In this document: positions 1 through 10,385 of the stretch, piece after piece
Layout of the letters: each line of letters begins with the position of its first letter
Numbering within the stretch: the stretch's first letter is position 1
Virus record (IMG/VR): IMGVR_UViG_3300017991_000054
Length of the DNA: 64,000 nt
Strand: one strand, 5' to 3'
Source of the DNA: an uncultured virus (IMG/VR IMGVR_UViG_3300017991_000054)
Lineage: Duplodnaviria > Heunggongvirae > Uroviricota > Caudoviricetes
Program-made: the position numbers and the translations under genes
Notes under the pieces: model-generated
Database searches by the model: none
What the model saw: only the letters and a program-made list of their open reading frames with translations
Told to the model about the DNA's origin: nothing

Positions 1-50
1 CCACTTTTGCCCTATAAAAGCCAAGAAGTCTATTCGAAGAATCCATTATT

Positions 51-935
51 TCACCTACTAAATATTGTCTGAGAAATTTTCATTACCTTGTCAAATTCAT
101 CTTCATTGTATCTTATCAAAGCTGAAGGTATAAATGTCACTCCTGGAACACTAGATGCTGTCAGAACAGATGTAAATCTAGAACAATCTTCTATAGCTGG
201 AAGAAAATTAATAGTTAACATCTTTAAGAGTTTTGATGTAAAATGATACTTAGAAATACCAGGAAATACTTTAAAGTCTGACAACGCGTTGATAAAGTCA
301 TCAATGTTATCAAATTTAAACTTATCCAGTTGTGATTTTACATCTCTATAATCTATACCTGTCTCCATACTAGCTCTTCTATAATTTGAATCTCCTTTAA
401 TTCCAAAGAATGACGCATTGATATAACACGAAGTTAGAAATTTGAGCTTGGGTATTTGGGTGGAGTAGCGTCCAAGGAGACCATATTCTTTTCCAAAGAT
501 TCTAAAAAATACAGTCATTAAATATGTTGAAATTACAGAAGAGAATTTGTCGGGAAATTTAGCTTTTCCTGTGACCATCTTCATAAAACAAATTCCATAC
601 GCAAAGCATGCATATAAATCTCGAGGACTTGGATTTGTAGGAGTCACATCTCTTACATTAAACGAAGCTAAATTGATCACAATTCCTTTGGTTGGAATAT
701 TGTAAGAAACAGGAAGATTATAACTAGGTGTGTATACAATATGGAACTTACCTTTTTTAACATACTTAAAGACAGGCTTCGTAGCAAAGTGTGTAATTCT
801 TTTTTCCATGATACCCATAATTGATTTTACTGTATCATTTGCATTTCTTACAGAGTTCGCTTTAAGTACATTTTCTGACAAATGAAGGACATTAGGTACA
901 TCTTTTAAAAGTGTAAACTTATCTAATATTATCAT
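51..935 (-). CDS. hypothetical phage protein
   Basis: 294-aa ORF in a tightly packed minus-strand operon; no motif recognised. Confidence 0.7.
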   Translation of the reverse strand: MIILDKFTLLKDVPNVLHLSENVLKANSVRNANDTVKSIMGIMEKRITHFATKPVFKYVKKGKFHIVYTPSYNLPVSYNIPTKGIVINLASFNVRDVTPTNPSPRDLYACFAYGICFMKMVTGKAKFPDKFSSVISTYLMTVFFRIFGKEYGLLGRYSTQIPKLKFLTSCYINASFFGIKGDSNYRRASMETGIDYRDVKSQLDKFKFDNIDDFINALSDFKVFPGISKYHFTSKLLKMLTINFLPAIEDCSRFTSVLTASSVPGVTFIPSALIRYNEDEFDKVMKISQTIFSR

Positions 936-948
936 CTGTCCCCCAATG

Positions 949-1347
949 TTACCAATCGACTGCTTCTAACTCAGATTCAGGTTTATCTTTTGAAATAAAA
1001 CGGTCCTCCACAATCTCCAGTATATAAGAAAAACTAGGAATCACAACCTCATTCATTGTAAAATCTTCAATTGTAAAAATTCCATTCACATACATTAATA
1101 AAGGAGCCAGAACAACAGTTCCATATTCATCATATGATAGATAATCTGGACGCATCTCATATTTTGACTCAAATGTTTTCTTTGTTGAATTTCTAAGTAA
1201 GAAATATAAGTTCTGTTCTAATACCCATAGACTAGGTGATGGAAAAGAAAACAAACCAGTCTCAGTAAGATATCTCTCAGACATATAATCTAAGTCAAGA
1301 GATAGAGCTTGATTTTGATTGCTCTCTGTATCAATTGTGAACGGCAT
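949..1347 (-). CDS. baseplate wedge protein (T4 gp53-like, LysM-related)
   Basis: YEMRPDYLSYDEYG...LLMYVNGI resembles the gp53-type RPD-x-L-S-x3-YG...L-x2-N pattern. Confidence 0.55.
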   Translation of the reverse strand: MPFTIDTESNQNQALSLDLDYMSERYLTETGLFSFPSPSLWVLEQNLYFLLRNSTKKTFESKYEMRPDYLSYDEYGTVVLAPLLMYVNGIFTIEDFTMNEVVIPSFSYILEIVEDRFISKDKPESELEAVDW

Positions 1348-1359
1348 AAATTTCCTCTA

Positions 1360-1959
1360 TTATGAAGAACCTTTTTGAAGTGCAGGATAGTTGTCTCTAC
1401 CCCATCCGCAATTACCTTCATTTACAGCGAGTCGATTATTAATAACATCAAGATCTTCATCATCTAGATATTTTACATAAGACTCCATAAACGCTTGATA
1501 GTTTCCCCTTATAAGGGAACTTGGGATTTTTAGAAATCCATTATGAAATTTTTCATGTATACTCTTTACAAGAGTTACATAACCCACTTGATTTTGAAAG
1601 TGTATTTCAATTGCGTCTAATGCAATATCAAATGAAGAAAACTCTTCTTCTTTTTCAATTTTTTCATTTACCAACGCCTTTACCAAAACAAATAATGAAG
1701 GAACATGATGGTGAACTTCTACAGAACATTGATCCATTCTTTCTTCAGTGACCATGCAACAAGTCACACCAAGAACATCAATGATATAATTCTTCCACAA
1801 TCTATATTCTATACTATTTCTAACATGCCTCTCAACATTACGAATGAATTTCATGTAGTCAGCTTCGCTCTCAAAAGTCCTAATCCGAAGGGGAAGACGA
1901 AAAGGATATTGATCACTATACAACTCTAAACCTTCTACATTAACTTTTAATTCATCCAT
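1360..1959 (-). CDS. hypothetical protein with HNH-like His cluster
   Basis: C..EVHHH...HEKFHNG pattern; stop/start coupled to upstream gene. Confidence 0.45.
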   Translation of the reverse strand: MDELKVNVEGLELYSDQYPFRLPLRIRTFESEADYMKFIRNVERHVRNSIEYRLWKNYIIDVLGVTCCMVTEERMDQCSVEVHHHVPSLFVLVKALVNEKIEKEEEFSSFDIALDAIEIHFQNQVGYVTLVKSIHEKFHNGFLKIPSSLIRGNYQAFMESYVKYLDDEDLDVINNRLAVNEGNCGWGRDNYPALQKGSS

Positions 1960-3770
1960 TATTTACCTCCTGGAATAAAACCAAGAGATTGGAAGATACT
2001 CAATACTGTCACTGACGCAATTGCAAGAACAGCAATTGTTACAATCCAGCTTATAGTACCTGTAATCGATGCAACAAATGATACAACAGGTGGAATAATA
2101 GCTACAGCGGCTGCAGCTACAATACCTGTAGAAATAATACCAAATACAAAAGCATACATCATCTCTCTATCAAAATCTTCATCCCCAACTTTCTTTTTCA
2201 TACTCTTTCTTGTATCAACTACAACCTTCTTAATGTTCTTTTTAACTTCAGACATTGGGTTGTCTGCTCCAAGTGAAGCAAATGCAAGAAATGAAGCACC
2301 TGCACTTCGAAGCGCTGAAGGAATTTCGGGTAGTGAATTTGCAAATACTTTATCTGTAAATTTATACACCCTGTCGTAATTTCCATCAACAGCTCTCATT
2401 ATAGGTTGTAGTGAAGCAAAATCAATTGTAAACTTTCCTAATTTATTTGCAGAAGACATCAAACCTTTCATGTCTCTTCTTTGTGACGCTTTCAACATAT
2501 CATTAAATATTTGTTTGTACTTCTTTGGCGCAGATTTGATATCTTTCATAACACGAGAAACTATGGGCGACCCCACGGATTCTGATACCAAATTGACCCT
2601 TGAATACTTAAGATATTTATCGTATGCAATGTCATCGCGTATCATGTTAGTTAATCTCCCCTTCATCCGAAATACTGAGGCTGCGGACCTCTGTACATCA
2701 GTAATTTTTTCATACGCTTGTACCGTCTCTCTACTAAGGGCATACAAATATCCATAGTTAACTACTGAACACATTCCTTTATATTCGTCCATACAAAAGT
2801 GCATTCTCTGATTAACTTCATCTGCAACCATGAGAGATGGCCACATTAATTTAAACAATCTCTTAACTTTACTTGCATCATATAAAAAGTCACTCTTTAA
2901 ATCTGTTTGATTTACAAGAATGAATAAATTTTTATCAAATTTTGTTGTTCCAATGATTACATCTTTTTTCCAATCACCTGTAAGAGTTCCCGTGTATAAC
3001 TCTTGCCCTACTAGACCAGTTTGATGGAACAAACCAACTGTATACTTCCAGAACCTATTTGCGAACCCCCACATCATTTTAAGAATTCGTCTTGTTTGCC
3101 ATTGAACGTTGGCGCTTGCTTTGCTTCTATATCTATCGTTCATTAACAAACGTATTAGTGATGTATCATTGTTTACAATATAAGGAACAACTTTGATACC
3201 AAGATATAGAGTACCTTTAACAGTGTCAATTGAAATTGTCGTAGGTTCTACGGTAATAGCTCTACTATCAATTTTTGTATCAAACCTTGCTGTAGCTCTA
3301 GCTTCTGGTGGTCTCTCTTTTGGTTTTTCAGGAGTTGGTGCTACAGCTATAGCAAGACCCCCATGTCCTGTACCACCTGCTCCACCAGCAGACCAAGCCA
3401 TTCCGCCTTTACCACCCTCGGCATCAGCTTGTGCAGAAACAGTTCGCCCACCTGCACGTTGCCCAGATGAAGTTCCTGGTAATCCTGCCCCAACACTACT
3501 TTGACCTCTAGTTCCTGTTGCCGTTGTCCCTTTTTTTCCAACAGTTGAACCTTTAGGTCTATCTTCCTGGATCTCTTCTACTGACTCCATAGTCAGTTTA
3601 CCTTTTGCTAACTTAATAACTTCCTTCTTTGAACCAGCTTGTTTATTTACATTATCAACAATCTTATCCATCTTGTTAACAATAAGGTATTTTTCCAGCG
3701 CTTTACATACACCAGGAAGAACATTAGGATTAACCGACTTCGAAACTATCATAGGGTAAATAACTATCAT
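1959..3770 (-). CDS. putative virion protein with Gly-rich linker and C-terminal hydrophobic helices
   Basis: 603 aa; Gly/Ala/Thr-rich segment; hydrophobic C-terminus (YAFVFGIIS...WIVTIAVLAIASV). Confidence 0.5.
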   Translation of the reverse strand: MIVIYPMIVSKSVNPNVLPGVCKALEKYLIVNKMDKIVDNVNKQAGSKKEVIKLAKGKLTMESVEEIQEDRPKGSTVGKKGTTATGTRGQSSVGAGLPGTSSGQRAGGRTVSAQADAEGGKGGMAWSAGGAGGTGHGGLAIAVAPTPEKPKERPPEARATARFDTKIDSRAITVEPTTISIDTVKGTLYLGIKVVPYIVNNDTSLIRLLMNDRYRSKASANVQWQTRRILKMMWGFANRFWKYTVGLFHQTGLVGQELYTGTLTGDWKKDVIIGTTKFDKNLFILVNQTDLKSDFLYDASKVKRLFKLMWPSLMVADEVNQRMHFCMDEYKGMCSVVNYGYLYALSRETVQAYEKITDVQRSAASVFRMKGRLTNMIRDDIAYDKYLKYSRVNLVSESVGSPIVSRVMKDIKSAPKKYKQIFNDMLKASQRRDMKGLMSSANKLGKFTIDFASLQPIMRAVDGNYDRVYKFTDKVFANSLPEIPSALRSAGASFLAFASLGADNPMSEVKKNIKKVVVDTRKSMKKKVGDEDFDREMMYAFVFGIISTGIVAAAAVAIIPPVVSFVASITGTISWIVTIAVLAIASVTVLSIFQSLGFIPGGK

Positions 3771-3785
3771 GTTGTTCCTCCAATA

Positions 3786-4691
3786 TTACAACAAGAACGC
3801 TGTCTTCGGCTTCATGTTTTTCTTTGCCGTCTGTGCAAACGGTCTTAGCATCTCAGTATGATCTTTCTTACAGTATTTTTTATAAGAGCAATACGTACAC
3901 TGCTCCTTATCTGCACCAATCGGATCTGGAACTATCTGGTCAGTAAGACATGAATGAAGGATAAGAGACCTTTTTAAGAAGTCGACAGAAAGGTCATCTT
4001 TGAGAGGTAGGTCAAAGGGGACAACTCGTTTGAGTGATCTAACTATATAGACTATTGTTATTGTATCAATGTTATAGCCATACTCAGTATTCAATATATA
4101 CGCATAAATTAGTCCTTGATGATAATGACTTGGTAAATACGCACCTTTAAATTTTCGCTCATCTATTGTTTTGTACTCAAGTAGAAAATTGTCTCGAATG
4201 CCATCGACTCTACCTTTTACCTTAAACTTCTCACTGACAATAGTTTTTTCAATCTCTGTATGATCATATAAAGATTGAATTACGTCATGTACCGCGTTCC
4301 CGACTTTATTGATCAAATATAGATACGCAAATGAGTATTGTTGTGCAACGTCGATTTGATATTTCATTCGACTGTAATAACTCTTACGTATACAAGAAAT
4401 CAACTCGGTAACTGATATATAAGGTCTTTCATAGGTCTGAATCTTTTTATGGTCGCCGACTAATTGAGCTCTCATAAGAGATTCGAAACGACCTACATCG
4501 AAACCCTTTGAGGTAACATTCGGTGTACCCATCTGGACATCCGAATGTATATCCTCAAAAGATTCTCGGATTAATTTCTGAGTATTGTCAGAAACTTGTT
4601 CAGGAGATTCATCAGGAATCTCCTTTTCTGTCGGTAATTGTGACTCGAGATATTTTACAAGTTCTCCATAATCATTATTCAAGGAGTTCAT
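3786..4691 (-). CDS. Cas4-like PD-(D/E)XK exonuclease
   Basis: SCIRK..Y, G..VH, GRVD...EYKT, Q..IY and C-terminal CTYCSYKKYC (Fe-S Cys set). Confidence 0.8.
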   Translation of the reverse strand: MNSLNNDYGELVKYLESQLPTEKEIPDESPEQVSDNTQKLIRESFEDIHSDVQMGTPNVTSKGFDVGRFESLMRAQLVGDHKKIQTYERPYISVTELISCIRKSYYSRMKYQIDVAQQYSFAYLYLINKVGNAVHDVIQSLYDHTEIEKTIVSEKFKVKGRVDGIRDNFLLEYKTIDERKFKGAYLPSHYHQGLIYAYILNTEYGYNIDTITIVYIVRSLKRVVPFDLPLKDDLSVDFLKRSLILHSCLTDQIVPDPIGADKEQCTYCSYKKYCKKDHTEMLRPFAQTAKKNMKPKTAFLL

Positions 4692-5238
4692 CCGCTTCTA
4701 AGACAAACATAGCACTTTCTACCAAGCTATCTCTTAGAACCTTATAGGCGTCCTCTACAATCTTCCCTTCCCAATCATTGAGTACTTCAATTTGATCAGA
4801 TTCGGTGACTGCTCTACCAATGAGAATATTGTCGATTGCGAGAGAGAAAGCTTTTTCTCTAATTTTGTCTTTTACCTCTTCTTCGATGTTGATATCACTA
4901 TCTTCGGTAATACTATTCCTTAGTTCTTCTTTAATGTCTTGTCGACCTTTGTCGGAATGAACTAAGTGGTGTGCGTTTTCTCGGGCAATTTTAGCATTTT
5001 CTCTTGCTGTCTCAGCTAAACCTTCAGACGTGACTACACCGTCAATCGCTTCAGGTTTATGATCTATCAGTTTATACATTTCAATCATTAAGGACATCAA
5101 TGCACCTTTAACTGTAATGTAATCTTCGATCAGAGATGGACAACAGGCCTGCATTTTCTTTACTGGTTTTCCAAAGAAAACATAGTCCAGTGAGTAAAAG
5201 TTCTCAAGAACTCTGATCTTACTTTCTTTCTGTAACAT
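4675..5238 (-). CDS. hypothetical protein
   Basis: 187-aa ORF with AGGAGG Shine-Dalgarno. Confidence 0.65.
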   Translation of the reverse strand: MLQKESKIRVLENFYSLDYVFFGKPVKKMQACCPSLIEDYITVKGALMSLMIEMYKLIDHKPEAIDGVVTSEGLAETARENAKIARENAHHLVHSDKGRQDIKEELRNSITEDSDINIEEEVKDKIREKAFSLAIDNILIGRAVTESDQIEVLNDWEGKIVEDAYKVLRDSLVESAMFVLEADELLE

Positions 5239-5266
5239 CGTGAAAGTCCTCCTTATATCAATTTAC

Positions 5267-5566
5267 CTAGCCTTTATTTAGATCCATAAAATTTGAGTTT
5301 TCATCCTCAATTATTTCCAACGACACACGCCGCGTATCTCGTGGAAAATGTGTGTTTTTTATTGCTAATGTTATGATCTTAAGAGCATCAATGGTTCTAC
5401 CTTTCTTACCAATGATTTTTCCCAGATCTTCTTGTTTACTCTTTATTTGTACAATCACTGATTTTGTAGATACGGTAATAAAAATCGAGACTTCGTTTGG
5501 GTTGTCCACAAGTCGTTTAACGGTATCTTCAACATAATCGCGCAGCAAGTCTGACATCTGCTTCAT
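5267..5566 (-). CDS. khpA: KH-domain RNA-binding protein, KhpA/UPF0109 family
   Basis: LVDNPNEV...DLGKIIGKKGRTIDAL (GxxG KH loop), ~99 aa. Confidence 0.85.
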   Translation of the reverse strand: MKQMSDLLRDYVEDTVKRLVDNPNEVSIFITVSTKSVIVQIKSKQEDLGKIIGKKGRTIDALKIITLAIKNTHFPRDTRRVSLEIIEDENSNFMDLNKG

Positions 5567-5658
5567 AACATTTCCCCCTTCAAATTGTTAGCGTAATTCA
5601 ATTTTGTAATTTGTTCTAAAATCATACGCTTGTTAGAGGGAAACTTGGAGAAATCTAG

Positions 5659-6879
5659 TTAGAGTTTAGGATTATATTTTTGTATGATCTCCGTTTGAAT
5701 TGCTTCTTGTGTTGCTTCGTCAAATGCTTTTCTAAAGTTCTCATCTTCGTAGTACAAAATCTCAGCATCTTTGGTACGAAACTTCTTATCTTTATAACTT
5801 TTCAAGTAGTTCCACGCACCTGAAACAAGTCTCTTTTCTTTTACTAAGAAGTTATAACTCGTTCTGAAGTTGTTAAATCCCCTTACAAAATCTCCTATCA
5901 ATTCAACAACTATATTAGGTGGCATCAGTTTATTTTTAACAGTTGTAGCTGTAACCATCATTCCTTCAAACCCCATCTTCTCAGGATCTAAAGCGGCTTT
6001 TGCTTTCAACTCTAGAAGTGTAAACGCATTAAACTTTAGTACATTTCCACCAGGTAGAGTTTTTCCGGTACTGAGATATCTTAGTTCTTTTGGTGCAGAA
6101 TAAGGACCAATTGCTAATTGATCTCGCATTTGATTTACAGTAATCCATGCTATTCCATACTTTGAACATTTCGCAACATATTTTGGAACTAGAATGCTTA
6201 ACAATCTTGCTTTGTACCCAATAACAGAATTAATATCCTCGACTTCTCTTTCTTTTTCTGAGAGGGTATTTGCTATTGAATCCCAGCACACTACAGATGG
6301 TACATCGACTATGTTCTTTTGTTCTTTAAAGAGACACATAGTTTCAAGATGTTTGAAAACTTTTTCAACTGTCACATCTGTATATGGTTTAATTGGAGGA
6401 TATTTAACTCCAAGATTTGAAAGTCTTAATGAGGTCGTGGCTTCTTCTGAGTCTAAAAATGATGCTAAACAACCCTTATATTCTTTTTGAGCAGAACCCA
6501 TTGTCTGGATAGCTAACATACTTTTACCACTTCCAGGATTTCCAACAATTTGACTCATTGTACCAACAGCAAATCCACCACCGAGTGCGCCATCTAGAAC
6601 ATCAATCCCTGTAGGGATAACAGCTTTTACCCCTGTGTCTTCCGTAATGTCAGCTTTAACTTTTAAGAAACTACCAAACTCTTCATAGAGAGCAAGGGTT
6701 TCAGGATCAACTCCTACATTTTCTGCTTTCTTTTCAATCTCGTCCTTGTCAATCTCAATCTCAACATCATCTTTATTAATAGAAACACTCTCCATCATTT
6801 TGGACAGGTCTTCTTTTGTGGGTTGAGCTGGACCGCTATCTTGCTCCTGAACTTTCTGTTCCTCTTTTTCCACCATCAT
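5659..6879 (-). CDS. RecA/UvsX-like recombinase
   Basis: TGIDVLD.ALGGG, Walker A GNPGSGKS, DSE, WDS, NQMR, PGG..LKF, KNK. Confidence 0.9.
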   Translation of the reverse strand: MMVEKEEQKVQEQDSGPAQPTKEDLSKMMESVSINKDDVEIEIDKDEIEKKAENVGVDPETLALYEEFGSFLKVKADITEDTGVKAVIPTGIDVLDGALGGGFAVGTMSQIVGNPGSGKSMLAIQTMGSAQKEYKGCLASFLDSEEATTSLRLSNLGVKYPPIKPYTDVTVEKVFKHLETMCLFKEQKNIVDVPSVVCWDSIANTLSEKEREVEDINSVIGYKARLLSILVPKYVAKCSKYGIAWITVNQMRDQLAIGPYSAPKELRYLSTGKTLPGGNVLKFNAFTLLELKAKAALDPEKMGFEGMMVTATTVKNKLMPPNIVVELIGDFVRGFNNFRTSYNFLVKEKRLVSGAWNYLKSYKDKKFRTKDAEILYYEDENFRKAFDEATQEAIQTEIIQKYNPKL

Positions 6880-7270
6880 TCTTCTCTCCCTTGTCCTTCA
6901 CGTTTTCCACAACTTTTAACTTCTTCTTATTTAACTTTTCAACCTGTGTGGCTAAATCTCGGACATCGATGATATCTTCCATTCCACCTGTCGATTCAAG
7001 TGTAATACGACGACGAATTTCAATCTCATCTCGCATACTTTTAATTAACTCTTTTCTGATGTCCAACAAAACATTGAACATAGATGATGCTGCTTTAACT
7101 TTCTCTTCAAAGATATTTCTGAATCTTTTCTCTATCTTATCAGGAAACAACGTATCTATCTTCTCTTTAATTTGTTCGACATCATCAATCATCTTTTCGA
7201 GATCTACACGTTGTTTTTTAAACCCTTCGAGAAGCTCGGCGATGATTAATTCATTATTGTCAAAACTCAT
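6836..7270 (-). CDS. hypothetical coiled-coil protein
   Basis: 144-aa ORF in operon. Confidence 0.6.
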   Translation of the reverse strand: MSFDNNELIIAELLEGFKKQRVDLEKMIDDVEQIKEKIDTLFPDKIEKRFRNIFEEKVKAASSMFNVLLDIRKELIKSMRDEIEIRRRITLESTGGMEDIIDVRDLATQVEKLNKKKLKVVENVKDKGEKNDGGKRGTESSGAR

Positions 7271-7472
7271 TAAGCACCTTCCATTATAACTTTCATTTTA
7301 CCTGTTTTGTCCATTGGATGTCTTTGTTGACCAAACTCAGTAATCCGACCGGAAGAATCTACATATTCACAAGAGAATGTGGTATCCCGATCATTCCTTG
7401 CACCATAACACGTATTTCCAACATTGTATTTACACCGACCAGAATGTGGACACTTTTCTTTTGCTTCAAGTA

Positions 7473-7877
7473 TTAACATCCAATTCCCTCCTCTACTGTT
7501 TGAGCTGGTTCACTAGAAAGTGTTTCAGGGTTTGGGTAAAATGCAGTCGGGACGATTTCCCAACCAATCATATCATTTTTAATTCTCTCCCACGTTTCTC
7601 TAGTAAAAGGACCATCAGGTAAATCATTCCCCCTCGTCCAGCTTTCACCAGCTCTCTTTTTTCTGGAGGATACTTGACAACCAAGATATCCGTCTTTACC
7701 ATATCGGTCGATGGCTATAAATCTATATACGTACCTATCAGTATATATTTTAAAGCTCCACTTTCGTTCTACATCACTACCCTCACCACTTACATCATCA
7801 ACTAATCTTTCATAAGTAGTCCATCGACACAGTTCTTCTTTAATCCATTTTTCTAATTGCTTAATTTTTGATTCCAT
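7473..7877 (-). CDS. hypothetical protein
   Basis: 134-aa ORF with AGGAG SD. Confidence 0.6.
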   Translation of the reverse strand: MESKIKQLEKWIKEELCRWTTYERLVDDVSGEGSDVERKWSFKIYTDRYVYRFIAIDRYGKDGYLGCQVSSRKKRAGESWTRGNDLPDGPFTRETWERIKNDMIGWEIVPTAFYPNPETLSSEPAQTVEEGIGC

Positions 7878-7893
7878 ATGTACTCCTTTCTAC

Positions 7894-8558
7894 AAACGAA
7901 ACTCTCTAGACGCAGAGAAATTAGATTAATGGTTAGTCGAAGTAATAGTGCATTCCGAAGCCGACTTTAACCTCTTGATCTTCATTCTCAAGTTCAATGG
8001 TACCATCTGTATCAGTAAGATAATACCCGGTTTCAATATCAATTCCAAGTTCTGGTACTCCAGCAAAGTTCCATTCAAAACCAAAACCGGCGCCATAGGT
8101 CGCTATATCTGCTTTATCAGAAATAGCAATGTCGTCAATTTTACCCCATAATCCTTCGCCAAAGAAATAAAACTTAGATTGTTCAGCACGTACTGGAGCC
8201 GCCATCAACTTCACGCCATACAACGCAAGATCTCCGTCGGCTTGAACACCTTGTTCATTTTTAACTTCTGCATTTGAATAATAAAAATTTCCTTCCATTC
8301 CTAGCCAGCTGTCAGTCCAACCTCGGATACTTACACCCGCGTAAGTATCTTCAGTAGAACTTAATGTATGAAATCCAAACCCTATTTTACCAGGGTTGCC
8401 TGAATCAGGTACTGCTTTTACATCCTCTGTTGCGAATGCAGGTACTGCGCACATAAGTGCAACTACAATTGTAAAAATTCCAAATAATTTAAACATCTTC
8501 ATTACTACATTTCCTCCTGTGTTTTATTTCGGATCTCTGCGTCTAGAGACTCCCGTTT
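7894..8558. repeat. inverted-repeat arms 7894-7918 and 8534-8558 enclosing the beta-barrel gene
   Basis: TCTCTAGACGCAGAGA (7903-7918) is the exact reverse complement of TCTCTGCGTCTAGAGA (8534-8549); 8 further pairs (2 G-U) on the minus strand. Confidence 0.9.
7933..8502 (-). CDS. outer-membrane beta-barrel protein
   Basis: Sec signal peptide ending AFA; alternating aromatic/Gly beta strands; C-terminal VGFGMHYYFD resembling a BAM beta-signal. Confidence 0.8.
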   Translation of the reverse strand: MKMFKLFGIFTIVVALMCAVPAFATEDVKAVPDSGNPGKIGFGFHTLSSTEDTYAGVSIRGWTDSWLGMEGNFYYSNAEVKNEQGVQADGDLALYGVKLMAAPVRAEQSKFYFFGEGLWGKIDDIAISDKADIATYGAGFGFEWNFAGVPELGIDIETGYYLTDTDGTIELENEDQEVKVGFGMHYYFD

Positions 8559-10285
8559 TATAATTCACATGAACCATTCACACAACGAACATCATCCTCT
8601 GTTCGATTTGACTCAATCTTTCCATTTTTCTCTAGGTAGGCTCGAGCATCCTCCTCTGTAACACGGCGAAGTGGTTGTCCATCTCTACATCCGTCTCGAT
8701 AGACGGTAACACCTTTCAGATCTGTAATGTACTCTAACAATAAGGCACTCAGCTCATCTGGGGTAGTTTCATGTGGTAAATTGATTGTTTTCGAAACCGA
8801 CCCATCATTATATTTCTGTAGCGCGACCTGAACTTCAAAATGATCAGTAGGAGATAAATCAAATGTATCTACAAACCAATTTGGAATTTCTTCTCTTGAT
8901 TTTAACATCTCTTCATAGATAGGATGAATATACATTCTATCTCCAACACGGTCATGTCGCATATACGCTTTAGCAAATAGTGGTTCCCCACTACCTGTAT
9001 AGTCAGCTAAAAGGGAGATCGTACCATTTGGAGCAATCGCCATTAACGTGGTATTCCTAATACCAAAGTTCTTTATGTCTGCTCGAATTCTGGCGGGAAG
9101 TTTTCTTACGAACGAAGCTTTCTTATGTTGAATAGGATCAAATGCAGGGAATGAACCTTTTTCTGCTGCTAGTTCAATTGAAGCTACATAACAAGCATTT
9201 CTAATGAATTGCATCAATCTTTCAATTTCTGTAATTGCTCTTTCACTCCCATATCTCAATTTCTTTGCAAATAAATATTCTGCAAGCCCAAGTACTCCAA
9301 TCCCAATTCTCCTAGATTTATGGGCATTAATATCAATGTCTTTTAAGGTATACTTATTAACGTCAATGACGTTGTCTAAAAATCTTACTGCAAGTTTAAT
9401 TGTTCTTTCTAGTTTTTGCCAATTTGTGTTTACTTTACCTGTGATAAAATTTGGAAGAACTAATGAACCTAGGTCGCATACACCATAAGGTCCAAGTGTT
9501 GTTTCTCCACAGGGATTAGTTCCCAATACAGGTTCAAAATAATACGAGTTGTTCTTTGAAAAGTTGTCCCAGTTGATTAAACCTGGTTCAGCACACTTTA
9601 CCATATTCTCAACAATTTTATCCCAAATAACTCTAGCTTTTACCTTACCATAACTTCTCTGTTTGAATTTGAATTCCCAATCCCCATCAGCTTCTACTGC
9701 TTCAAGAAATTTGCCATTTACAGATACAGAAATATTAAAGTGTGTGATCCTTCCATCCACCAACTTAGCGTCAATAAAATCCATCACCTCTGGATGTGAC
9801 ACATCTACATGAGCGATAGCTGCTGCTCTTCTGCTTCCCCCACTTTCAATGGTCTCAGCAACAGCATCCGTAGCTTGGATAAAACTGACTAAACCTGATG
9901 ATGTTCCACCCTTTCCAAAAATTTTATCTCCCCTTGGTCGTAATGGTGAAAAGTTTACACCAACACCACCGCCTTCTGACCAGAGAATTAATGCGTCCTT
10001 AATTAACTGACCAATCTCCTCAATGCTATCACCTATTGGGAGATGGTAACAGTTAAAAAGCGACCCCCTTGGTCGCCCGCAATTTCTCAATATTCTTCCA
10101 CCAGGAAGAAAATCCATATTATGAATCATTTCATGGAAAGCATCCAGATACTTTTGTCGTTCATTTTCTGGTGTTGATATCACGCTTGCTACGCGGTGAG
10201 TACATGACATCCAATTTTCTCCGTCCATAAAGTATCTACTTTCAGCAACTTGTGTAGCGTTATCCGACAATACAACTTTTCCCAT
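8558..10285 (-). CDS. nrdJ: ribonucleotide reductase, probably class II (adenosylcobalamin-dependent)
   Basis: PGGRIL, LFNC, GGGVG, TNPCGE, IAPNGTIS, SKTIN, YRDG, C-terminal CxxxxC; no beta subunit nearby. Confidence 0.85.
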   Translation of the reverse strand: MGKVVLSDNATQVAESRYFMDGENWMSCTHRVASVISTPENERQKYLDAFHEMIHNMDFLPGGRILRNCGRPRGSLFNCYHLPIGDSIEEIGQLIKDALILWSEGGGVGVNFSPLRPRGDKIFGKGGTSSGLVSFIQATDAVAETIESGGSRRAAAIAHVDVSHPEVMDFIDAKLVDGRITHFNISVSVNGKFLEAVEADGDWEFKFKQRSYGKVKARVIWDKIVENMVKCAEPGLINWDNFSKNNSYYFEPVLGTNPCGETTLGPYGVCDLGSLVLPNFITGKVNTNWQKLERTIKLAVRFLDNVIDVNKYTLKDIDINAHKSRRIGIGVLGLAEYLFAKKLRYGSERAITEIERLMQFIRNACYVASIELAAEKGSFPAFDPIQHKKASFVRKLPARIRADIKNFGIRNTTLMAIAPNGTISLLADYTGSGEPLFAKAYMRHDRVGDRMYIHPIYEEMLKSREEIPNWFVDTFDLSPTDHFEVQVALQKYNDGSVSKTINLPHETTPDELSALLLEYITDLKGVTVYRDGCRDGQPLRRVTEEDARAYLEKNGKIESNRTEDDVRCVNGSCEL

Positions 10286-10385
10286 ATAACATTTCTCCTT
10301 TAAGAATTTTCTAGTATTAATTTGTTCTATATATACCTAGAAAAATTCTATTTTCAATACGAAACAAACAAATTCACTTAAGATT

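Noticed and set aside
7894..8558. IS/MITE terminal inverted repeats
   Set aside because: No transposase, no evident target-site duplication, arms differ from the Hsp20 arms, and wobble polarity favours RNA pairing.
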